This document shows, in pieces, positions 15,300-25,245 of a DNA stretch of 58,395 nt; position 1 is the first letter of the stretch, and the number at the start of each line of letters is the position of its first letter. The DNA is from a virus (taxonomy: Duplodnaviria; Caudoviricetes), in the IMG/VR virus record IMGVR_UViG_3300022896_000001, positions 1-58,395 of that record; one strand, given 5' to 3'. A program made the translations under genes and the position numbers. The notes beneath the pieces are model-generated. The model searched no databases and was not told the DNA's origin. It saw only the letters and a list, made by a program, of their open reading frames with translations.

Positions 15300-16571
15300 A
15301 TGCCGACGCAGCCGCTCGGAGGGAAGGCCCGCGAGTCGGTCCGGCAGGCCACAGCGCGCGGGAACTTGTGGGAGGGCGCGGTCCGGTCGTCGAAGACCGT
15401 GTCGTCGATCGTGCGGTGGCTGAAGTACGTGCGGAACGGGCCGCCAGGCGCGCTGCTGATGGTCGGGAAGACCGAGCGGACGCTGAAGCGGAACATCATC
15501 GACCCGATCCAGGCCATGGTCGGGGTGAAGCGGTGCCGGTTCAAGGTCGGCGTCGGCGAGCTGGAGTTGTTCGGCCGGACGATCTACGTGGTTGGCGCGA
15601 ACGACGAGCGGTCCAGCGACAAGATCAAGGGCCTGACGCTGTCCGGGGCGTACTGCGACGAGCTCACCACCTACCCCGAGTCGTTCTTCTCGATGCTCAC
15701 CACCCGCCTCTCCGTGCCGGGCGCGCAGTGGTTCGCGACAACGAACCCCGAGGGCCCTGGCCACTGGGTGAAGAAGAAGTACGTCGACCGCGCGAAGCTC
15801 CGCATCACCCGCGACGGCCAGATCGTCCGCTCCGACGACCCGACGGCGCTGGACCTGCACACCTTCGCGTTCCAGCTCGCCGACAACCCCACCCTGCCCG
15901 CGGCGTACGTCGAGGAGCTGAAGCGGGAATACGTCGGCCTGTTCTACCGGCGGTACGTGCTCGGCGAGTGGTGCCTGGCCGAGGGCGTTGTCTACGACAT
16001 GTGGGACCCCGACAAGCACGTGGTCACCACAGCCCAGATGCCCGCGATCAGCAGGCACATCGCGCTCGGCATCGACTACGGCACGGTCAACCCGTTCGCC
16101 GGGCTACTGCTCGGGTTGGGCGCTGACCAGCGGCTGTACCTGACCAACGAGTACCGGTACGACTCGAAGGCTCAGCGGCGGTCGTTGACGGACGCGGAGT
16201 ACTCGCGGGAGCTGACCCTGTGGCTGGACAAGCTCCAGGTGTTCCCCGAGTGGACAGCGGTCGACCCCAGCGCGGCGTCGTTCGTGCAGCAGCTCTACCG
16301 CGACGGCCGGGTCACCCCGACCCTCGCGAACAACTCCGTGATCGACGGCATCCGGCAGCTGTCGTCCCTGCTCGCGACCGACCGGCTTCGGGTGCACGAC
16401 TCGTGCAAGGGGTGGATCGAGGAGATCCCCGGCTACTCGTGGGACCCGAAGAAGGCACTTCGAGGCGAAGACGCGCCGATCAAGGTCGGCGACCACTCGC
16501 TCGACGCGGGCCGGTACGCGGTCCACACCACCGAAGCCATCTGGCATGGCCAACTCAAGGAGGCAGCGTGA
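15300..16571 (+). CDS. terL: Terminase large subunit (PBSX-type)
   Basis: GAVRSSKT Walker A, AYCDE Walker B, TTNP, GIDYG, VDPSA, DHSLDAGRY nuclease motifs. Confidence 0.97.
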   Translation: MPTQPLGGKARESVRQATARGNLWEGAVRSSKTVSSIVRWLKYVRNGPPGALLMVGKTERTLKRNIIDPIQAMVGVKRCRFKVGVGELELFGRTIYVVGANDERSSDKIKGLTLSGAYCDELTTYPESFFSMLTTRLSVPGAQWFATTNPEGPGHWVKKKYVDRAKLRITRDGQIVRSDDPTALDLHTFAFQLADNPTLPAAYVEELKREYVGLFYRRYVLGEWCLAEGVVYDMWDPDKHVVTTAQMPAISRHIALGIDYGTVNPFAGLLLGLGADQRLYLTNEYRYDSKAQRRSLTDAEYSRELTLWLDKLQVFPEWTAVDPSAASFVQQLYRDGRVTPTLANNSVIDGIRQLSSLLATDRLRVHDSCKGWIEEIPGYSWDPKKALRGEDAPIKVGDHSLDAGRYAVHTTEAIWHGQLKEAA

Positions 16572-16744
16572 CCCCGCAGGAAGCAGCCGCGAAGGCAGCA
16601 GAGGTGCTGGCCAAGGCCGAAACGGACATCGACCGCGGCAACGGGCCCGCTCGGGCGCACGCGCTCCGATGCGTCGCTGACGGCTGGACGCAGCTCGCCG
16701 TAGTGCTCGCGACGCACCCGAGCACGGTCGGGAAAGCCAGCTGA
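16568..16744 (+). CDS. Hypothetical protein
   Basis: AAGGAGG RBS, GTGA overlap. Confidence 0.65.
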   Translation: MTPQEAAAKAAEVLAKAETDIDRGNGPARAHALRCVADGWTQLAVVLATHPSTVGKAS

Positions 16745-16971
16745 TGGCCCCGCTGCCCGCGCGGATCACCCGCCGCAAGGTGCTCGAAGCACTCGACGTC
16801 CTCGGCATCCCGCACACCGACGTGTGCGTGGTCGAGTTGGGCCTGCACGAGGTCACGGTGCGGGAGCTGATGAAGCCCGAGACCAAGGCCGAGGGCGACA
16901 AGGTGCGCGTCGAGCGGGTCACGGTCATCCCGACCGGCGTGCTGCGAGTCTCGCGAGGCGACATTGCCTAA
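16744..16971 (+). CDS. Hypothetical protein
   Basis: TGATG coupling. Confidence 0.6.
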   Translation: MAPLPARITRRKVLEALDVLGIPHTDVCVVELGLHEVTVRELMKPETKAEGDKVRVERVTVIPTGVLRVSRGDIA

Positions 16972-17182
16972 GCGCCAGCGGTTCGCCACCCGCGACGAGC
17001 TGGCCGAGCTGGTCCGGCAGTACCTCGTCGAGCACTGCGACGGCGCCTACGCCGCCGACACGGTCACGGACGACGTGCTGAACGCGCTCGACCACCTCGG
17101 CGTGCCGATCGAAGCCCTCGTCAAGATCACCGTCACCGAGCCCACCCCCAAGGTGGAGTTCCGTGAGCCGCGAAGGGAGTAG
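16964..17182 (+). CDS. Hypothetical protein
   Basis: GAGG RBS, overlap chain. Confidence 0.55.
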   Translation: MPKRQRFATRDELAELVRQYLVEHCDGAYAADTVTDDVLNALDHLGVPIEALVKITVTEPTPKVEFREPRRE

Positions 17183-17184
17183 TT

Positions 17185-18786
17185 GTGCCGCTCCCCACCG
17201 GAGGCGATACCCAGTGGCCGCCGAAGGCCCTGGACGAGGTGTTCAGCACGGTCGACGTGTGGGACGCCTGGTACTCCGGGGGCCCGGACAAGCTCGCTGA
17301 GGTCTACGGCGACGGCTCCAGCGGCGGGTTCGACTCGGTCAGCCGCGCCAGGCTCCGCAACCGGCCCGCGCAGTTCAGCGGCGGCGTGAAGGGCCGGGTG
17401 GCTAGGTGGTTCTGGGGCGCGCCGACCCTGGCCGGTGAGCCGCGGACCAAGCTCCACATCCCGCTGGCCTCGGACATCGCCGCCAAGAGCGCGAAGCTCC
17501 TGTTCGCCGAGCCTCCGACGTTCAAGGTCGAGGACGCCGCCACACAGAAGGTGCTGGACGACGTCGTCGAGCAGGCGCTGCACGCCCGCCTGCTCGAAGC
17601 CGCTGACGCGTGCGCCGGGCTCGGCGGGGTGTACCTGCGGCTGGTGTGGGACACAGAGATCAGCCCGCTGCCGTGGCCGCAGGTCGTCCACGCCGACGCC
17701 GCAGTGCCGGAGTGGCGCGGTGGCAGGCTCAAGGCGGTCACGTTCTGGCGGATCGTCGACCAGACCGACAGCCAGGTGTGGCGGCACCTGGAGCGGCACG
17801 AGGCCGGACGGATCCTGCACGGCCTCTACGAGGGCACGCACGACCACCTCGGTCGGAAGATCCCGCTCACCGAGCAGGAAGCCACCGCAGACCTAGTCGA
17901 CCAGCTCACCGACGGCGACGAGATCCTCACCGGCGTCGACAAGGCCACCGCCTGGTACGTCCCGAACATCCGACCCAACCGGCTGTGGCGCACCAACCCT
18001 GCCGCCGCCGAGCTCGGCCGCGCGGACATCTCCGGCGCCGAGGGAGCGCTCGATAAGCTCGACGAGACGTGGACCAGTTGGATGCGGGACATCCGGCTCG
18101 CGAAGGGCCGTGTGTTCGTCGCCGAGTCCTACCTGCGCACCACCGGGCCGGGCCAGGGCGCGTACTTCGACGCTGACCAGGAGATCTACGCGTCGCTGAA
18201 CATGCTGCCGCAGGCTGGCAACAACGCGCCGATCACGCTCAACCAGTTCGCGATCCGCGTCGAGGAGCACGCCCGCACGGCTGAGGAGCTGACCAAGGTC
18301 ATCCTCCGCTCGGCGGGGTACAGCGCCCAGACGTTCGGCATGAGTGGCGATGTCGCCATCACGGCCACCGAGGTCACCGCCAAGGAGCGCGACAGCTTCC
18401 TGACCCGGTCGCACAAGCTCCTGTACTGGAACCCGGTGCTGGCCGACCTGCTGGAAACCCTGCTCGCGGTGTACGCCGGGCCCGTGCTCAAGGGCAAGGT
18501 CACCCCGGAGCGTCCACAGATCGAGTGGCCGGACGGCGTGGCCACCGACCCGGAGCAGCAGGCCCGCACCATCCAACTGCTTGACGCCGCCGGTTCCGTG
18601 TCGACCGAGACGAAGGTCCGGATGCTGCACCCGGACTGGGAGGACAAGCAGGTCGACGAAGAGGTCGAGGCGATCAAGGGCCCCCCGCTGGAGGACCCAG
18701 GGTCGTTCACCGGCGGGCCACCGATCAACGTCAAGGGCCCGCAGCCCCCAGGCGACACCCCACCTGGCGAGGAGCCGCCACCGTGA
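17185..18786 (+). CDS. Portal protein (SPP1/A118-like)
   Basis: 533 aa after terL; LHIPLASDIA..SA.LLF.EPP, LDETWTSWMRDIRLAK, IRVEEH, GYSAQTFG. Confidence 0.93.
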   Translation: MPLPTGGDTQWPPKALDEVFSTVDVWDAWYSGGPDKLAEVYGDGSSGGFDSVSRARLRNRPAQFSGGVKGRVARWFWGAPTLAGEPRTKLHIPLASDIAAKSAKLLFAEPPTFKVEDAATQKVLDDVVEQALHARLLEAADACAGLGGVYLRLVWDTEISPLPWPQVVHADAAVPEWRGGRLKAVTFWRIVDQTDSQVWRHLERHEAGRILHGLYEGTHDHLGRKIPLTEQEATADLVDQLTDGDEILTGVDKATAWYVPNIRPNRLWRTNPAAAELGRADISGAEGALDKLDETWTSWMRDIRLAKGRVFVAESYLRTTGPGQGAYFDADQEIYASLNMLPQAGNNAPITLNQFAIRVEEHARTAEELTKVILRSAGYSAQTFGMSGDVAITATEVTAKERDSFLTRSHKLLYWNPVLADLLETLLAVYAGPVLKGKVTPERPQIEWPDGVATDPEQQARTIQLLDAAGSVSTETKVRMLHPDWEDKQVDEEVEAIKGPPLEDPGSFTGGPPINVKGPQPPGDTPPGEEPPP

Positions 18787-19049
18787 CCGGCATGGACCAC
18801 AGCCTCAGGGACGTCACCGTCCCGGATTTGATCGACACCCTCCGCGACGCCGAGGACCACCTCGACGTTGTCCAGCCCGGAGCCCTCCGCGAACCGCTTT
18901 CCCTGTGGTTCCTTGCCACCCTGGAGCAGGCCAAGCGTGAGCGCTGGACACAGCTGATGGGCAAGCCCGTCGTGGCTGTCTGGAACGCCGCCCGCGCCGT
19001 GCTCGACCAAACCGATGAGGTGCAGGGCCAGGTGGACGTCGGGGGGTAA
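18783..19049 (+). CDS. Hypothetical protein
   Basis: GTGA overlap. Confidence 0.55.
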   Translation: MTGMDHSLRDVTVPDLIDTLRDAEDHLDVVQPGALREPLSLWFLATLEQAKRERWTQLMGKPVVAVWNAARAVLDQTDEVQGQVDVGG

Positions 19050-19054
19050 ACCCC

Positions 19055-20608
19055 ATGCCGGTCGATCGCACCCTCGGCTCCGAACTCGCGGACACCGTCA
19101 CAGCCCTGTACGCCGAGGCTGAGCTGGTGCTGACGAAGCAGATCGCGAAGCAGGTCGGCACCGGGCTGGGCTCTCCGGACTGGGCAGAGCAGCGGCTCGC
19201 CAGGGTCGGGGAGATGCGGCGCATCGCCGAGCGGATCACCGCGCGCCTGGCCGCCGACACGACCGGCAAGGTGGCCGAAGCGGTCGCGACGGCGTACCAG
19301 CGCGGCGGCGAGAACGCCCTCTCTGAGGTGGCGAAGCTCAGCGGCGCTCGCCCCGGCGCGGCTGCGGCCATCCGGGGCGAGCTGACCGGGTCAGCCGCGG
19401 TACAGCGACTCGTGACCGCTCTGGTCACACGGCTCGGCGGCACGCACCTGAAGATCGTCCGCGAGACCGTCGACACGTACCGGCAGGTCATCTCCAGCAC
19501 CGTCGCCTCAGGCACCCTGCAAGGGACCGAGACGCGGCGCGAGGCGGCGCAGCGGGCGATGAAGAAGTTCGCCGCCGAGGGCATCACGGGGTTCGAGGAC
19601 AAGTCGGGCCGCCAGTGGCAGCTCTCCTCGTACGTGGAGATGGCCACCCGGACCGGTACGGCGCAGGCTGCGGTGGAAGGGCACCTCGACCGGCTCGAAG
19701 GCCTCGACATCGACTTGGTGATCGTCAGCAACGCTCCGCAGGAGTGCAAGCGGTGCCGCCCGTGGGAGGGGAAGGTTCTCGCTCGCCGCGGGCCGCATGG
19801 CCGGCGCACGGTGGAGGTCGAGCACTCGACCATCGATGACCTGATGATCGAGGTCGAGATCGCGGGCACTGTCGACGAGGCTGTGGCTGACGGGTTCATG
19901 CACCCGAACTGCCGCCACTCCCTGTCGGCGTACCTGCCGGGTGTCACCAAGCCGATCACGAACACCGAGGACCCCGACGGCGACAAGGCCCGGCAGAAGC
20001 AGCGCCTGCTGGAGCGCAACATCCGGGCCGCGAAGATGGACGAGGCCGCTGCCCTCGGCCCGGAGCAGGCAGCCGAGGCCCGCGTCGCGATCAAGGCGGC
20101 GAACAAGCGGCTCCTACAGCACCTCGACGAGAACCCGTCGCTGAAGCGCCTGAAGTACCGGGAGCAGATCGGCGCGGGCAACCTGCCCACCAAGGGCACC
20201 TCCGACGCGGGCGTACGTGGCCCGCTGGAGGCCGCGCCCAAGTCGAAGCCCGCGGCCGCACCGAAGGCAGCGTCCAAGCCAGCACCGGCCAAGCCGAAGC
20301 CTGCGACCGCCGCGAAGCCCGCGGCCCCGGTCAAGCCGCCAGCACCCAAGCCCCCAGCGGCGAAGAAGCCTGCCGCGGTCGCGCCGAAGCCTCAGGCTCC
20401 GAAGCCTGTGCAGCCAGAGCGGCTCGCCGACGCGCTCGCCATGGGCCGCTCCAAACCCGCCGACCTCACCGTCAACGAGTTGCACGCAGCCGACAGGGAG
20501 TTCGCGAGGCGGGCTGCTGAATTGGGCAAGTCCGACAAGGTCGGACGCACCCACAGGAAAATCAAGAACGAGCTGCTTCGCCGTGCCAAGGAGGCGATGG
20601 GGTTCTAG
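19055..20608 (+). CDS. Phage minor capsid protein with Lys/Ala/Pro-rich tail
   Basis: GRQWQLSSYVEMATRT, CKRCRPWEGKV, HPNCRH, QKQRLLERNIR. Confidence 0.9.
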   Translation: MPVDRTLGSELADTVTALYAEAELVLTKQIAKQVGTGLGSPDWAEQRLARVGEMRRIAERITARLAADTTGKVAEAVATAYQRGGENALSEVAKLSGARPGAAAAIRGELTGSAAVQRLVTALVTRLGGTHLKIVRETVDTYRQVISSTVASGTLQGTETRREAAQRAMKKFAAEGITGFEDKSGRQWQLSSYVEMATRTGTAQAAVEGHLDRLEGLDIDLVIVSNAPQECKRCRPWEGKVLARRGPHGRRTVEVEHSTIDDLMIEVEIAGTVDEAVADGFMHPNCRHSLSAYLPGVTKPITNTEDPDGDKARQKQRLLERNIRAAKMDEAAALGPEQAAEARVAIKAANKRLLQHLDENPSLKRLKYREQIGAGNLPTKGTSDAGVRGPLEAAPKSKPAAAPKAASKPAPAKPKPATAAKPAAPVKPPAPKPPAAKKPAAVAPKPQAPKPVQPERLADALAMGRSKPADLTVNELHAADREFARRAAELGKSDKVGRTHRKIKNELLRRAKEAMGF

Positions 20609-20627
20609 GCCCAGGCCAGGGCCGGGC

Positions 20628-20676
20628 GGCTGGCGTGCCACCCGACGAACTCGGAGCGTCGGGTGGCACGCCAGCC
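20628..20676. terminator. Perfect 20-bp hairpin between convergent genes
   Basis: GGCTGGCGTGCCACCCGACG-N9-CGTCGGGTGGCACGCCAGCC. Confidence 0.75.
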
Positions 20677-20692
20677 AGGGGCTTCGGCGTAG

Positions 20693-21133
20693 CTAGCCGA
20701 CCAGCTTCGCCAACTCCTGCTCATACCTCGGCCGGTCCTCGGCTGGGGTCCTTGCCGCCGTGTAGGACAGCACGACCATGCCGCGCTGGTGGGTCTCACC
20801 GTTCGCCGTGTACTTCGCCGCGGCGGCCGTGTCGTCGAACGTCAGCACAGTCACCGCGTCCGTGGTGACCATCTCTCGGCACCCCAGCGTCGGGCAGTTC
20901 TTGCTGTTGTCCCGCGGCGACGGCGCCGGTAACCCGGCCGCGGCGAACGCGTCCACCACCTGCTGTGCGGACACGGCCGCCGCCGCGGCAGGCGCTGCCG
21001 ACGACACCGGCGCTGCCGCCGAGACCTCCGAACTGCCTCCCGGCGTCAGCCGGTCGACCTTGTCGCTGATCCCGGCACAGCCCGAGACCAGCACGAGCAC
21101 TCCTATGACTACCGCTCCGATTGCTCTGTTCAC
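20693..21133 (-). CDS. Lipoprotein moron
   Basis: Signal peptide with lipobox LVSGC; antisense within the head operon. Confidence 0.8.
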   Translation of the reverse strand: MNRAIGAVVIGVLVLVSGCAGISDKVDRLTPGGSSEVSAAAPVSSAAPAAAAAVSAQQVVDAFAAAGLPAPSPRDNSKNCPTLGCREMVTTDAVTVLTFDDTAAAAKYTANGETHQRGMVVLSYTAARTPAEDRPRYEQELAKLVG

Positions 21134-21210
21134 GCCTGGCTATCGGAGCGGCAGAACTCACCGCTACACCCCCGGCCGGTTGACCCGGCCTCGCCGCCCC
21201 AGGAGGGCAC

Positions 21211-22005
21211 ATGCACGCCAAGATCGGGACGACTGACTCGTCCACCCTGCCCATTCACCCCACCACCGGGCTCCGCGCGCTCGCCATCGGCCGCCGTGGC
21301 CCCGTGTGGCCTGTCCTCGGCGGCAACGGGGAGGGCGACGGCAACACCGGCGACATCCCGGCGGACGACACCGGCGACGACGCGGACACCACGGGCGACC
21401 AAGGCACTGGCGGGACGGACTCCGGCCAGGACAAGGGCACCCAGAAGGACACGGACGCGGCCAAGGCGGAAGCCAAGGAGGTCAAGGACCTCCCGTCGTG
21501 GGCCCAGAAGATCGTCCGCGAGTCGCGCAAGCAGGCCGCTGACGAGCGCGGGAAGGTCGCGGCAGCCGAGAAGGCGCGCCAGGACACGCTCGACAGCATC
21601 GCGGTTGCTCTCGGCCTGAAGAAGGGCGACGAGGTCGACCCGAAGAAGCTCGCCGACCAGCTCACCGCAGAACGCGATAAGGCCGCCACCGCCGCGGCCA
21701 GCGCCCAGCAGGAGCTGGCGATCTACCGGGCCGCCGACAAGCACGGCGCCGACCCGAACGCACTGACCGACTCGCGCGAGTTCCTCAAGGCCGTCAGTGA
21801 GCTTGACGCCACCGACAAGGACTACGCGAAGGACCTCGCGGAGCTGATCAAGCAGCGCGTGAAGGACAACCCGACTCGGTACGCCCGCGAGGCCCCGAAG
21901 ACGAAGAAGTCGGGCAGCGCGGACGACATGAACGGCGGCAAGGGCAGCGGCGGCCCCCGCCCCACCTCGCTACACGCAGCGCTCGAAGCGCGCAACAAGA
22001 CCTGA
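21211..22005 (+). CDS. Capsid scaffolding protein
   Basis: Acidic N-term, LPSWAQK, coiled coil, LTDSREF; precedes capsid. Confidence 0.85.
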   Translation: MHAKIGTTDSSTLPIHPTTGLRALAIGRRGPVWPVLGGNGEGDGNTGDIPADDTGDDADTTGDQGTGGTDSGQDKGTQKDTDAAKAEAKEVKDLPSWAQKIVRESRKQAADERGKVAAAEKARQDTLDSIAVALGLKKGDEVDPKKLADQLTAERDKAATAAASAQQELAIYRAADKHGADPNALTDSREFLKAVSELDATDKDYAKDLAELIKQRVKDNPTRYAREAPKTKKSGSADDMNGGKGSGGPRPTSLHAALEARNKT

Positions 22006-22024
22006 CCGATAGAAGAGAGGCAGC

Positions 22025-23092
22025 ATGCCCATCACCCTGGCGCAGGCGCAGATCAACGCCCGCGACGACATCGACCACGCGGTCATCGACAACCTGCGGC
22101 GCTACTCGTGGCTGTGGGACCAGATCATCTGGGACGACACGGTCACGCCCGGCACGGGTGGTGCCAGCCTCACCTACGGCTACACCCTGCTCACCGCGGC
22201 GCGGCAGGGCCAGTTCCGGCAGATCAACCAGGAGTACACCGCCCAGTCGGCCAGCCGCGAGCAGCGCTCGACGACGCTGAAGCCGTTCGGTGGCGCGTAC
22301 ACCCTGGACCGCATCCTGCGCGGGTTGGGCCCGGCTGCGACGAACGAGGAGACGTTCCAGACGCAGCAGCTTATGAAGGGCGCGACGACCAGCCTCATGG
22401 TCGAGATCGTCAACGGCGACACCGCGGTGAACACCGCCGGGTTCGACGGCCTGGACAAGCTGCTCACCGGTCAGGCCACCGAGTACACGCCCAACAGCGG
22501 CGGCACCGCGTACACGTCGTGGGCGCCCGGCGCGATCGACACGCAGGAGAAGGCCAACCTCCAGCTGGACATCCTGGAGGAGTGGCTGTCCTCCATCACC
22601 CCGTCCATCGTGGGCGGCGGCGACATGAGCGCGGACGCCGGTCTGCCCGGCGGTGTGAAGGCCATCCTGGGCAACACCAAGTCCATCACCCGCCTCAAGG
22701 CGCTGGCGCGGTGGGCGAACCTGCACACCTCCACGCTGGAGACTTTCGGCGGCGTGCAGCGCCGGGTCGAGCGGTACGGCGAGTGGGTGCTCCAGGACAT
22801 CGGCGACAACGCCCTCGGGTCGGCGCCGGTCATCCCGATCGAGACCCGCGACCCGGACGGCGTCGGCGGTGGCGGCAACATCACCAACCTCACCGACCTC
22901 TACGCGGTGTCGTTCGGCCTGGACGCGTTCCACGGCGCGTCCATGGCGGGCAAGCCGCTCGTCGCCTACTACCCGCCGGAGTGGAACACCCCCGGCGCGG
23001 TCAAGACCGGCGAGCTGGAGATCGGCCCCGGCGCGATGATCCTGCGCAACACCAAGGCCTGTGGCGTCCTGCGCAACGTGAAGGTGGCGTGA
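22025..23092 (+). CDS. Major capsid protein
   Basis: MPITLAQA, FRQINQEY, LKPFGGAYTLDR, GFDGLDK, GVLRNVKV. Confidence 0.92.
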   Translation: MPITLAQAQINARDDIDHAVIDNLRRYSWLWDQIIWDDTVTPGTGGASLTYGYTLLTAARQGQFRQINQEYTAQSASREQRSTTLKPFGGAYTLDRILRGLGPAATNEETFQTQQLMKGATTSLMVEIVNGDTAVNTAGFDGLDKLLTGQATEYTPNSGGTAYTSWAPGAIDTQEKANLQLDILEEWLSSITPSIVGGGDMSADAGLPGGVKAILGNTKSITRLKALARWANLHTSTLETFGGVQRRVERYGEWVLQDIGDNALGSAPVIPIETRDPDGVGGGGNITNLTDLYAVSFGLDAFHGASMAGKPLVAYYPPEWNTPGAVKTGELEIGPGAMILRNTKACGVLRNVKVA

Positions 23093-23094
23093 CC

Positions 23095-23490
23095 ATGACC
23101 GACTACCGGATCACCTCGCCCGACCCCGCGTTCAACGGCGTTGTCGGCGACGGCGTCGTGTTCAGCAAGGGCGTGGCGCTGCTGTCGGTGGACCACGACG
23201 CCGACCGCGTCGACGGCGCCACCAACCTCCCGGCTGGCGCGGCCGCGCTGGCGTACTTCAAGCGCCGCGGCTACGGCATCGAGGACGTCACCGTCCCCGA
23301 GCGCCCGGTCGCAGTCGACGAGGCGCCGCCGCCGAAGGAGCCGAAGCTCCCGTCGAAGACGGCGACCAAGGCCGACTGGGTGGCGCACGCCGTCTCCCTG
23401 AAGCCCGAGGACGGCGGCCTGACCGAGGCCGAAGCCAACGCCCTGACCCGCGACCAGCTCGCCGAGAAGTACACGGAGGTAGCGAAGTGA
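23095..23490 (+). CDS. Head-associated protein
   Basis: ALAYFKRRGY and ATKADWVAHA...LTRDQL motifs after capsid. Confidence 0.7.
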   Translation: MTDYRITSPDPAFNGVVGDGVVFSKGVALLSVDHDADRVDGATNLPAGAAALAYFKRRGYGIEDVTVPERPVAVDEAPPPKEPKLPSKTATKADWVAHAVSLKPEDGGLTEAEANALTRDQLAEKYTEVAK

Positions 23491-24074
23491 CCACCCTCGG
23501 CCGTCACCCCGGCGTTGTGCGGGACAGTCCGGTCTTCGACCAGGCCTACGCCGACCTGCCCGGCGTCTCCCAGTCCGCGTTCGTCCGCTCGAACATTCCG
23601 GTGTGGGCGTGCGTCTCCGACCTCGCCGCGACCGGCACCGGTGTCGCCATCGGCACCTGGGTGTTCCTCCGCGCGGGAGACGTCGTCACGAGCCTGTCGT
23701 TCGTGGCGGGCAACACCGCGCTCGCGTCCGGCACTGCCGGGTGGCACGCGCTGTACGACTCGACCGGCGCGCTGCTGCGGCAGTCCGCCGCTCAGGGCGC
23801 GACGGCGTGGGCGGCGAACACCGCGAGGAAGCTCGCGCTGACCTCGCCGTACACGATCACCACGGACGGCTGGTACATCGTGGCCACGTCGACCACGGCA
23901 TCCACCGTCCAGACCCTCATCGGCTGCGCCCCGATCGTCACCGCCACCGGCGCGGCGTTCACCGGGTCGCTGCCGCTCGGGTTCACGTTCGGTTCCGCCA
24001 CCGGCGACGTCGCCCCGGCGACCACCGGCACGCGGACCGCCGTGGCGAAGTGCCCGCTGGCGCTCGTCAGCTGA
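23487..24074 (+). CDS. Putative structural/decoration protein
   Basis: Thr/Ala-rich beta-type sequence, GGAGG RBS. Confidence 0.65.
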   Translation: MTTLGRHPGVVRDSPVFDQAYADLPGVSQSAFVRSNIPVWACVSDLAATGTGVAIGTWVFLRAGDVVTSLSFVAGNTALASGTAGWHALYDSTGALLRQSAAQGATAWAANTARKLALTSPYTITTDGWYIVATSTTASTVQTLIGCAPIVTATGAAFTGSLPLGFTFGSATGDVAPATTGTRTAVAKCPLALVS

Positions 24075-24149
24075 TCCCGCTCACCGCGTAGGGCCCGGCC
24101 GGACTACTCCCCGGTCGGGCCCTACGCGCTGCCCCTGGAAGGACCAGAT

Positions 24150-24491
24150 GTGACGACTTACGAACGTGTCGTCGACGGCAAGGTCGTCGAGCGCGTCACG
24201 CCGCTGGACGGAAGCCACGAGGACACCCGGATCGGCTGCCTGGTGCTCGAAGGCGGCAGCGACTGGCGAGTCGAGGGCAACCCGGTGGCCCCGCCGACGA
24301 CGCCCGAGGACAACCCGCCGCCCCAGGTGGACGGCACCCCGGAGAACACCCCCGGCGCGGGCAGCGCCACCGACGACGCCAGCGCGGCTGGCACGAGCAC
24401 GAGCGAGGGCACCGATGGCGCGGACCGCACTGACGGCGACGGAGCTGGCGACGACGGGGACAAGCCCCGCAGCGATCGACGTCGCCGCTGA
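24150..24491 (+). CDS. Hypothetical protein
   Basis: GAAGGA RBS + GTG. Confidence 0.6.
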   Translation: MTTYERVVDGKVVERVTPLDGSHEDTRIGCLVLEGGSDWRVEGNPVAPPTTPEDNPPPQVDGTPENTPGAGSATDDASAAGTSTSEGTDGADRTDGDGAGDDGDKPRSDRRRR

Positions 24492-24762
24492 GGTCACCGA
24501 CGGGAACTACTTCACCTACAAGGCCCACAGGTTCGTCTACGTGCTCAACGGCGACGACGCGGCGTTGACGGTGACGATCCCGACGCCCGGCACGATCGGC
24601 CGCGGCGCGCTGACCATCGCCGACACCGCGGTGACGATCCCCGCGGGTGAGTACCGGCTGATCCCGTTCGGGCTGGAGCACAAGCAGGCCGACAGCACCG
24701 TCCACGTCAACTACGCAGGCACCACCCCCGTCGGGGTCATGGTCGCCGTGCTCGACGCGTAG
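24415..24762 (+). CDS. Putative structural protein (overlaps upstream gene by 77 bp)
   Basis: MARTALT...DGNYF...VLNGD...VTIPAG pattern. Confidence 0.7.
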   Translation: MARTALTATELATTGTSPAAIDVAAEVTDGNYFTYKAHRFVYVLNGDDAALTVTIPTPGTIGRGALTIADTAVTIPAGEYRLIPFGLEHKQADSTVHVNYAGTTPVGVMVAVLDA

Positions 24763-24771
24763 GAGGCGGCG

Positions 24772-25233
24772 ATGGGCAACGGTGTTTTCAACATCTCCAA
24801 GGGCCTCTGGCGCTACTACCTCGGCCTGCCCGCCACGAACGACGCGCTCGTGGTGGTGCTGCTGAAGAGCACGGGGCTCGTCGCGGACAGCGCGCTGGCC
24901 GACTACGACGACCTCACCGCGCTGCTCGCGGGGGCATCGGACGAGGCCGACTTCACCGGCTACGCCCGGAAGTCCATCACCTCCGGGATCACGATCACCG
25001 TGGACGACCCGAACGACCGGGTGGACGGCGACATCCCCGACCAGGTGTGGAGCACCGCGGGCGGCGCGACGAACAACACCCTCGGGAAGCTGATCGTCTG
25101 CTACGACCCGGACACCACCGGCGGCACCGACGCGGACCTGATCCCGTTGACGTTCCACGACTTCACCGCCACGACCGACGGCAACCCGCTCACCGCCCAG
25201 GTGGCCACAGCAGGCCTGGTCCGCGCGGCCTGA
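24772..25233 (+). CDS. Putative structural protein
   Basis: AGGAGG RBS; EADFTGYARK...IPLTFHDF. Confidence 0.7.
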   Translation: MGNGVFNISKGLWRYYLGLPATNDALVVVLLKSTGLVADSALADYDDLTALLAGASDEADFTGYARKSITSGITITVDDPNDRVDGDIPDQVWSTAGGATNNTLGKLIVCYDPDTTGGTDADLIPLTFHDFTATTDGNPLTAQVATAGLVRAA

Positions 25234-25245
25234 TCGGGGGTCTCG

